Assembly: GCA_000320545.1 (NCBI GenBank)
Contig: ADNK01001163.1
Location: forward strand, 1 to 64,000
Direction of reading: 5' to 3'
Source: Bigelowiella natans CCMP2755
Lineage: Eukaryota; Protista; Cercozoa
Length of the DNA stretch: 64,000 nucleotides
Below the pieces are notes generated by a model that saw only the letters and a list, made by a program, of their open reading frames with translations, was not told the origin of the DNA and searched no databases. Below are positions 56,701-64,000 of this stretch, in pieces (positions within the stretch are counted from its first letter, which is position 1; each line of letters begins with the position of its first letter). The position numbers were made by a program, and so were the translations under genes.

Positions 56701-58677
56701 CTCGGTAGGTGTAGGTAGCTTGTTGTCCGCTAGGTCCATAAACTCTAACGCATTAACGCTTGACTCAGAGGTCCACTCGTCAAGCCGTATCATGTTCTGG
56801 CTGATGGTCCTGCCTGACTTCTTTGGCAACTTAGCAAAGTATATCTTGTGATTGTAGAATGATATGATCCCCCCTAATTTTTCTAGGGCATCCTGTCCGA
56901 GGAGTAGTTCCATGGATAAAGTCATGGCTACTCGGGTCTTGATTTGGGTCTCCGCGTCGCTGCCAGGTATCTGTAGCTTTAGCATTAGCTCACCGACGGT
57001 CTTCATGGAAGAGCTTCCGTCTGCTTGAGCATATTTACGTTCTTTCTTAGTCACTTGATCCAATAGTCCTAACCTTCTTACTGTGCTTAGGCTTATGAAG
57101 GACTTCGGCATGCTGCCACTATCCCAAAGGGCAGGTAGTTTCTTGTAGTCTCCGTAGCTGTCTTTAACTTTAACCTTGGTCATAGCAACTTTGATAGTCC
57201 TGTTAGCGTCTTCGTCATTAATGTTGCATACTCCTAAGTTCTTTATGTCGTCTAGGGTCATGGGCTTGTCTTGGTCCTGCGTTGCTGGTACTGCTGTCTT
57301 CGTCGGCGCCTGCTTAAGGTGATCTAATATTCCGTTTATCTGCTGCTGTATAGCATTGATACTGTTCTGCTTTTTGTTCTTATATTTATTGTTCTTCCCG
57401 TTGTTGCTGCCTTGCCATTTGCTGTTGTTATATCCTTGTCCTCTGCCTTTCTTTCTCTTTAACTTCTCGTAGTGTTCGTTGAGCTGCCTGATCGTCATCC
57501 TGGGTCGTCCTTCTTTCCTGTCTCTGCAGTCTTTAGCGGTGTGTTTCCCTTTACGTGAGCAGTATCCGCAACGTCGGTTACCTTCCCTGTCCTTGTACCA
57601 GTCTCGCTGCGGCTTAATAGCGTTAATGTTTCCTATGCCAGGTACCTTAGGGCTGGTAAACTTGCGGTCCTGCTCCTGCTCGCGTAGGGATATAGCCTGC
57701 ACTGCTGCCTCCATCGTGGTGTAGCCTTTCTCCGTAACGTAAGTGGATTCCTTTATCTTTAACTTGAACTCTTCAAACCTTGCCTGATCATCACCTGTGT
57801 TGTAATTAAAATCATGTAGTTCGTCGATCATATCCTGGAAGCGCGTGGCAAAGTCTCTAACAGGTTCTCTCTCATGCTGCATCATTGCTCTGTATTTTCT
57901 AATAGCCTGGGGTAGGGAGTTAGCATCCTGTTCATTTACAAAAGCCTTCATTATCGCCTCAACGTCTCGTAGCCCACTAACTGTAGTGTGTATTTTCTCT
58001 AGCTGCCTGATCCGGGTCCTGCCTGTCTCGTAAAGGTCCATGGCTTGCTTTATTATAGCTAGCCATTTGAGCTTGTCGTTTTCGGTGGGGTTAGGGGTAA
58101 AGTCGCAGAGTATACTCCTAGCGTTCTTCCACCACCTCCTTGCCTCACCTCTTTTCCCGTTGTATTTCGTTATCATAACCGGTGCTGTTTTAACAGACAT
58201 GAACTGGGTGTTCCGCTGTACCGGCTGCTGCTGCTTGACGGTGCTCTGGGTCGTCCCCCGCGAGGCGCCCAGACCCCCGTCGTTCCTAAACAAAGCTGCC
58301 CACTCTGGAGGTAAGTCTGCTTCGTAATCCATGATGTCCTGCATGATAGCTGCCCAAACATCATGTGTCTGATACTTGTATTCTATCGATACTTTCAGTT
58401 TGGCGTAGTTGCTCGCCCTGGGTCGCAAGGCTCGTAATGCCATTACGACCTTCTTGCTTTCGGCGGCCACGTCCTCGTCGTCCGCCTCGTAGAAGTTCTC
58501 CAGTGCCTCTGCTGCTGCATCTGCTTTCTTAATCCCGGGTGCTGGTCCCGGCGGTGCCTGTGGAGGTGTTCCTCCTCCTTCCTTAGCGTCCGTATCGCCC
58601 TTCCTTTCCTGTTTCTGCTCGTGCCCTTGCACGGCCTGCGAGCCAAAGTCCTGCTGTTCTTCTAGCTGCTGTGACAT
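53704..58677 (-). CDS. Gag-Pol polyprotein (Zn knuckle, protease, RT, RNase H, integrase, GPY/F-type module, C-terminal Dam-like domain)
   Basis: CGYCSRKGKHTAKDC; ALWDSGS; YVDD; TDWS...TDHKPL...ADYFSR; H-x3-H...CRC; IDVY...VDNE...VERLHRTL; 1657 aa uninterrupted. Confidence 0.96.
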   Translation of the reverse strand: MSQQLEEQQDFGSQAVQGHEQKQERKGDTDAKEGGGTPPQAPPGPAPGIKKADAAAEALENFYEADDEDVAAESKKVVMALRALRPRASNYAKLKVSIEYKYQTHDVWAAIMQDIMDYEADLPPEWAALFRNDGGLGASRGTTQSTVKQQQPVQRNTQFMSVKTAPVMITKYNGKRGEARRWWKNARSILCDFTPNPTENDKLKWLAIIKQAMDLYETGRTRIRQLEKIHTTVSGLRDVEAIMKAFVNEQDANSLPQAIRKYRAMMQHEREPVRDFATRFQDMIDELHDFNYNTGDDQARFEEFKLKIKESTYVTEKGYTTMEAAVQAISLREQEQDRKFTSPKVPGIGNINAIKPQRDWYKDREGNRRCGYCSRKGKHTAKDCRDRKEGRPRMTIRQLNEHYEKLKRKKGRGQGYNNSKWQGSNNGKNNKYKNKKQNSINAIQQQINGILDHLKQAPTKTAVPATQDQDKPMTLDDIKNLGVCNINDEDANRTIKVAMTKVKVKDSYGDYKKLPALWDSGSMPKSFISLSTVRRLGLLDQVTKKERKYAQADGSSSMKTVGELMLKLQIPGSDAETQIKTRVAMTLSMELLLGQDALEKLGGIISFYNHKIYFAKLPKKSGRTISQNMIRLDEWTSESSVNALEFMDLADNKLPTPTELRKKNPGKTIRQITELLDKTPPADDWDIDKGKKYINKILNEKYSDITKPTTKPSSKLTPVKIELKKGYEECIINDPEHRRPEADWEKIEWQINEWAKEGKIEPSNSPWNVRHVLAKKPTYPFFRLAHNFIRHNRVIKRIQTPTPRIDDVIEHVIGYKYYSSLDKNESYMQTPIHKTSRPITAFSSRHRKWHFVVFPYGLSISGDAFSSQNYRAYTHDGMASVLWVFVFVYVDDDIICTNTVVAQIFLLENIFIRFAHFGFTIRLQKCTFLATRIKWCGYYLEQGRITPNPEKVAALQQAPKPKNAKELKSFLQTPAWILRRFSPTYARTAAAFTTAYRKENSVGLSFAKVWAKAGLDAHFDNLIKLCSNTLLNAKLDTTRPATLWTDWSKLGMAAVLTQDQQIIRVWGRACTAAEAKYSPTKGEYKAMTEAQRKLRYYLLSVPSFTLMTDHKPLLGIDRKLEAPNDEYAAMRADTEEFRDKRTVVYAPGDKQLADYFSRLFEKKVPTQVTPMVNAITFEDGDFLPEPEELQHLQEHLDKYKHKHEVLSDRIYVYTNNVRRTYVPRRTRGALLFTAHGPAHVGENHITALLYHYYWPYKLKEIRTYLRGCRCSSLKAAGVATKESSKSRASKKIKARNFLDIVQIDVYKYDGYHYLTFVDVATGKCWVKKIIKVNVAKKNKGLYKQRLTNCYRTWESELQAIPDEVSINKIPKKLHVDNETSLLQLPHPNIDASPVYYAQSNSKVERLHRTLANLSRINSTTPDKIQGLVNDTFTSGGGIKDKEREEGDDNDDDTESEDEKVPYDGRVLKEGQYVRAKVNLRSRNKQDPFWGGVAKVTERKGRKQYYIYDGNRVTLRHISHLKNYDIGEKLLEDVKVNPTVWERAMPCLGPRPKFDVEYGNNKVRVNDDWRMKIVYLGYPGLRNMERVAMKIKDGKYQLLYLAVPDLPFEHWYKVLGDLDAEGWYGHEPKDEGEFWVSDKGDKVREESITWWLVKFRKR

Positions 58678-58693
58678 TGTTAGTCAAATCGTT

Positions 58694-58711
58694 TCCCGTG
58701 TGTGGAAGCCA
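58694..58711 (-). promoter_or_regulatory. Putative tRNA primer-binding site
   Basis: Minus-strand TGGCTTCCACACACGGGA lies 5 nt from the 5' LTR. Its complement ends ...GGAAG-CCA with C at the tRNA position-61 equivalent. The cognate tRNA was not identified. Confidence 0.6.
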
Positions 58712-58716
58712 AAGGT

Positions 58717-59042
58717 TGTTGCGCGTAAGGTGTTCACAGGCCGAGGCGCTACGTGCACAAGTAGGCAGGGGGGGGGAAAGGCACGTTTGCTTCCTTTTGA
58801 AGAGTTGTGTTTATTTTTATTAAAGATTATATTTTTATTAAATCGTGCACTGCGTAATCATTCGCGAAGCTTTCGCGAATGCCGCCGCACGTGGGGCAGC
58901 ACACTTCCGGTGTGCTGCCATGAGTCCCGCCGGAACCCACGTGCCTATGCTGTATTAATATCTACGTTATCTATATTCTATATCCGCGACAACCCCTTTG
59001 TTGTCGCACGTGACTTGTGCCCGCGTAGTGGTACGCGCTACA
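58717..59042 (-). repeat. 5' LTR
   Basis: 58742-59042 is identical to 53352-53652; 58717-58741 differs from 53327-53351. Confidence 0.93.
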
Positions 59043-60920
59043 ACGCTGGCACGGTGCAAAGTGCGCACGTTTTTGCCCGTGCGCTCCGTGGCCCACGGGG
59101 GCCACACAGATGCTTTGCGTCGACGCCACATTGCTGCTCTGGTGCTGGTCTGGCAGTTGCATTGCTCCACAACAGTCAGACACCAGTCTCAAGTTCCTGC
59201 GTCAGTGGGCGAACTTGCTTGCGAAACCAGCCTTGGTTTCGAGGTGGTCCTGGAGGACAGAGAAGGCCACGTGCCCTGCCTCACGTGCGTTTGACTGTTG
59301 CAGCGGCAGCGCCATCAGTGCTCACTCACGACCACACGAAGCGTGCACTCTCGCACATTGTGCAAGTTGAGTCGTGGTGGTGCGGATCGAAGTTGCGCGG
59401 CTGTGCAAGCTGACTGCGCAGCTTGCACAGCCGCACAATTGTCCGGCGATGATGGGTTTGACCACCTAGACTACAGACACAGTGTGTGCAATGTGCGTGA
59501 TTGTCTAGCTGGTGCAAGACTCCGGCAATGCGTGCGTGTGGCGTGCACAGCGCACACTTGCTTCGATTCCACGTGTGCCACTCGACTGGCCACACGTGGC
59601 ACCTGCGTCCTCACGTTGTCCCCGCTCTGCTGGCGACTGCTGAGCTGGCCCGGGACAACGTGAACGCTTCAAAGGTTGCCGACCTGTCCCCTCAAATGGC
59701 ACGCATCCGTGTGATGGCAACACTCGGTGATTTCACTTTGACACCAGCAGCGCGAGAGGGTGAAAAAAACAAAGTGTTTCGGCTGTGCAGCTCTCATCAA
59801 ATCGTTGGACCATGCACTTCTTCGAAGTTGGACAAAGCAGCACCAGAGCAGGCCAGCAGGTTCAATGCTGCACCAATGGCTTTTTGTGGTGTGGAGACCT
59901 TTTTTGAGTGCTGATCTTGTCGTTCGAACAGCAGGAAGTTCAGCACGCAGTGGGCTGTTGGCTGTGCGTGCTCTGTTCCGTGGGTTTTTTTGTTTTCGTT
60001 CCACTTCACACTGTTTTGTGCCTCAACTTGCAAACTGGCTCAACGTGATGACCGTGGCAACTCCAATTGAGCACTTCGTCCTCCATTGCGATGATTGCGT
60101 GGCCGTCACCATGGTGGCAGTGTGGCAGCATGGCAGTGAGAACACAAGGAACATCGTTGGGAACGGACCCCGGCAGTCCCACGTCCAAAGTTCTTTTCAA
60201 AGCTTGTGATTCCATGGAGCTCTGCCTGTGCACGTTGTGTTCGCTGTTTTCGTTTTTCCGAGATCTCCACACGTTGGAGCCACGTCTAGCACGTGCCTGC
60301 TGGTCGCCACGTGCCAGCGTGCCAGCGATTTGCAATGCTTCAACCTCACACTTGACAGCACGAGAGGTGTCGAACAACGTGCACGATCAGACGACCTCAA
60401 AGGAAACTTTCTCTTGCTCCGTGTGTGCAATTTCAGCCAGGTGCGGTGTGCAGAAAGGCTGGAAGGGAGTGTTTTTCAAAAGTTGGCCTTGCCACCACAG
60501 ACCAAGCACCAATCCCAGCCAGCCAGACACGTTTCCAGATGCTCCCATTTGAATTTTCCTTGCAGGTTCAGGGAAGTGTTCCGCCATGAAGCTTGTTTCT
60601 GGTGGGCTGCTTTGCCTTCTGTCAATGATTGCTGGCATTGTTGCGACGAGCGCTCGCAGCGCTCTGGCGCTGGCGCACGCAGTGCTGGAGTGGTTGGATT
60701 GGGGGAATCGAACGGAAGTGCGCTGTGCACGAGCACTTGAGAACCACACGCACAAGTGCCATGCTCTGGTGCTTGGACAGAATCATCATCGTGGTGATGA
60801 TCTGGATGCTGGAATGATGATTTTGAACAGCGTGAACCATGCATGCTAGCATGTTGACCACATCACCACGTGGCACGTGCAGTGCCAGAGTGCCATGAAA
60901 AGTCTAGAGTGTCCCAACAG
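59043..60920. other. TpA-erased island, the target region of the LTR element (continues at about 53090-53326)
   Basis: Manual count: 6 TA in about 1880 bp (5 CTAG, 1 CTAC). Confidence 0.9.
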
Positions 60921-60981
60921 TAAATGAAAGACATTCGATTCATGCTTCAAAACTTTTGACGGACACTTTCATTCACTGCGA

Positions 60982-62290
60982 TCATTTCCCTTTTTTGGCA
61001 AGCTTCAAGGCTGTTTGTGCAGCCTTGCGTGTCTCATGAACGAAAGGTGCAGGTTTGTTCTTTTTGCGTGTTTTGAAGCCCTTTGCAATTACACCCGTGG
61101 GACTACAACTTGGCCTTCCTCCTGAACTCCTACCTTCTCCACCTCCCATAGGATGGTCAACAGGGTTCATAGCTACACCACGAACCTGCACAGCATTGTC
61201 TATGAGAGCACAATCGAAGGATTTGAGTCTCGGAAAATGTTGCGTGTAAACTCACATGAGGCCTCCTTCCTAGATGCCTTTTTCTCCCAGCCTTTCCAAG
61301 CTTGCGAATTTTATGAAGAGGATTCGATACAGCTCCTAATTCGGAAAACCAATTAGAGCGGAGAACATTGAGAACAGTGCAGACTGTTGAGCATACCCAC
61401 GGTGCAGAGAGAATCAAGAGGTACAAATCTTTTCTCGCCAGACTGCTGCCGAACAAGTGCGTATCCTTCTTTCATTTGTTTGTCCAACATGGTTAGATAT
61501 GTTCCTGCGGCCCTTCCGAGTTGTGCTCCTTTCCCAGGTTCCATTTCGACGCAGCAAACACTGGAATATTCAAACAAATTAATGATACCCTCGCCGACAG
61601 AATTTGTCAAAATATCTGTGAAGTTAGAGATAGTTTACTCTTGTCCAAGGGGGATATGCTTGAGTGGCATACAGTTTCCTGTCTTTATTTTCAATTCCTC
61701 CATCGAAGTCATAATTTCATCACCGGGAGTCAGGGCTTGCGGAGCGATGATGTACTGATTGTGATGGGGATGTTAATATGCTGGCAATGGAGTAAAAAAT
61801 ATAAACAATCCCTACCCTAAACGCCTCCTCGCCCTCTAGGTGAGGATATCTCAATAGAGCTATCTCCGCTGATCGATTTGGATCATACTCGATACGTTCA
61901 ACAATTGCGGGCATGTCAAATATATTTCTCTTGTAGTCTATGATCCGATAACGACGCTTATGCCCCCCGCCACGATGGCGAACGCAGATCCTTCCCTTGT
62001 TGTTTCTTCCAGCTTTTTTCCTAATTGCCTCCGTAAGATGCATCATTGGCTTCCCTTTCCAAAGATGGGATCTAAAATAATTTAGTACAAGAGGAGACAT
62101 TAAATTCGGATATAATCCCTAGAAAATCTACAAATACCGGTCTATCCTGACTTGATGGCGCACACCAGGCGAGTAAGGCCTCATCTTTCGGACTTTTCTG
62201 TGATAATAAAAGTTTGCATTCTTCACCTTCATAACATCTAAATTAAACAATAATATACACATACATGTATGTGTATACATATTATATACG

Positions 62291-62340
<50 letters not shown>

Positions 62341-62606
62341 ATACTAGTACATTTAGTATTAACATACGCGCTAGTGATACTGCTTGCAGGTCCACTGCTC
62401 ATCATCTTTCCAAGTTCGCTTGGAGTTGGATCAGGAACAATATTTGTGGAGAACGAGAATGATGATGTTATTTCTGAGCCTCGTCGAGATTGTGGGGAAA
62501 AGGGGGTAGATCTTTTCGGAAATATCAGGTAATTTGTAGAGGTTGCTCGTACATGCTGTTTGAAAACACTCTGAAGAGAGAAGCGCAACGACGCGAAGGG
62601 GGGCAT
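60982..62606 (-). CDS. rpl2: Nucleus-encoded ribosomal protein uL2, probably mitochondrial, multi-exon
   Basis: [52 protein letters not shown] and [18 protein letters not shown]; S/R/F-rich presequence without a signal peptide. Confidence 0.92.
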
Positions 62607-62857
62607 GATGCGGTGCGCAGCCTGAGAGAGTGTATGGTATGATCTCTGATAACTCTCAAGAAGTCTCCACAAAGTCTCTGTAACAAATGTGCCTTTTCCT
62701 GTCGCAGGGTGGATTTGCCCTTCATTAGACATAGACGACTAGTATTCAAACACTAATATTAAAAGTAGTAATATCAGGAGATCCATCATCACAAAGGGCT
62801 TCCCTCGAAAACAGGCTCCTCCCTCCCGCCCAAACATCCAGCTCCTGTTTTCGGATC

Positions 62858-63793
62858 ATGAGGACGATGGTCCAAGACCAATACCAATCTTGTAAATGTT
62901 GTCATTGCTGTTGTCCTTGCTGCCACAGCTATTGCAAGTGCCAGAATTCAAACATCATATTTAGTAGTAGTCGGCGGGACACCATTAGCAGCAGCACTAG
63001 TGCCAGCACCGGTAGTAGTAGCAGAAGTAGTAGCGCCACCTTACGCGATTTTGTTGATAGCGAGAGAGCTAGATGGTCGCAAAGATATGAAGAAAAAGAA
63101 TTTGCATTTGGATGCAGAGCTTCAAAACCTCCTCCGGAATTAACTAAGCGAGATAGACTAGTACTAGAAGGTCTCCATTGGCCTACCTTCATGAATCAGC
63201 AGAGATACGAAGAAGAAGACGAAGAAGAAAAAGAGGGGAAAGGAGAGATTCTCGCACCAATCCAGTCTACATTTTCAGAATCATTTCGAGATACAATCTT
63301 GAATGATAAAGCAGACTCATCTAGAGATCATCAAATTCTCAAGCATAGAGAGTCTTTGAGCCCTAATGCACCCAGATATAAAAGTAGTCAGTTATCATCC
63401 ATACACAGCGGAAAGAGGAAAGTGTTGCAGCATAGCCCATCATCAACAAAATTAAATTATTTGGAAATGCTTAGTGGATTCAGTTCACCAGATCAAAGTT
63501 CTGCCTCTACATTGAGATACATCAGTCCTTTGAGCAAATGCCCACCAACGAGCGTAAGAAAGGGAAAATCTACATCATCCAAAGTGGGTGATGAAGTTTC
63601 AGATTCAACTCTGCAGCAAGTATTATTACTACCGAGTATGACAATTACTGAATCAGAATGCCCTTCTTCGGGGTCGTCTCTTGAGCATCCCAGCTTTAGG
63701 ACAAAGACGATGAGCAAGTTTAACAACACCACAATTTCGTCAAAACTCGTTGAAATAGAGTCATTGCGATTTACTAGTGTTATTGATCGTTAA
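62858..63793 (+). CDS. Hypothetical Ser-rich protein with a Cys-rich N-terminal patch
   Basis: 311-aa ATG-started ORF divergent from rpl2, containing CKCCHCCCPCCHSYCKC. Confidence 0.5.
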   Translation: MRTMVQDQYQSCKCCHCCCPCCHSYCKCQNSNIIFSSSRRDTISSSTSASTGSSSRSSSATLRDFVDSERARWSQRYEEKEFAFGCRASKPPPELTKRDRLVLEGLHWPTFMNQQRYEEEDEEEKEGKGEILAPIQSTFSESFRDTILNDKADSSRDHQILKHRESLSPNAPRYKSSQLSSIHSGKRKVLQHSPSSTKLNYLEMLSGFSSPDQSSASTLRYISPLSKCPPTSVRKGKSTSSKVGDEVSDSTLQQVLLLPSMTITESECPSSGSSLEHPSFRTKTMSKFNNTTISSKLVEIESLRFTSVIDR

Positions 63794-64000
63794 AATTCGC
63801 CTGCTCTTCTGTAGCCCTTTAAAATCTCGGCTGCTACTCTGTGGCTAGCTTTATTCAACTCCTTTCTTTCTAGGAGCATCTTATGCGTGGCTTCATGAGC
63901 GCGCGCACCCATCTTTGCAATCCATGTGTTCTTGGGTCAAGTTCGGTACAAAGTTAGCCATTCATCATCTATCTCTAGATCTGTCTTGCACTGGAGGTAA

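Larger units (their letters stand above)
53327..59042 (-). mobile_element. Intact, very recent Ty3/gypsy (Metaviridae) LTR retrotransposon, 5.7 kb
   Basis: 326-bp TG...CA LTRs, identical over 301 bp; a single gag-pol ORF in PR-RT-RH-IN order; PBS and PPT in the expected positions. Confidence 0.96.

Overview
This is a eukaryotic nuclear sequence: intron-rich, microsatellite-rich and gene-dense. Signal-peptide-plus-transit-peptide style leaders suggest an alga with a secondary plastid, most plausibly a chlorarachniophyte (inference only). About 16 host genes or gene fragments are visible. They include a ubiquitin-like protein, a large MATH/BACK protein, a B12D/NDUFA4-like protein, a divergent histone H4 with a hydrophobic leader, an HI0933-family flavoprotein, cathepsin Z, a saposin-like protein, IscU, ribosomal uL2 and several hypothetical or membrane proteins. 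Two things stand out. (1) Intergenic islands of 1-2 kb have almost completely lost the dinucleotide TpA except inside CTAG. Copies of a local repeat show TA->TG/CA substitutions directly, and CpG stays abundant. This points to a possible RIP-like, adenine-directed hypermutation acting on DNA 3' of genes. (2) A very young Ty3/gypsy LTR retrotransposon (53327-59042), still rich in TpA, sits inside such an island. Its integrase appears fused to a degenerate Dam-like N6-adenine methyltransferase domain and has a DD27E core. Its LTRs are identical except for a swapped 25-bp end that gives the element perfect 26-bp terminal inverted repeats. All counts and alignments were made by eye; no database searches were run.
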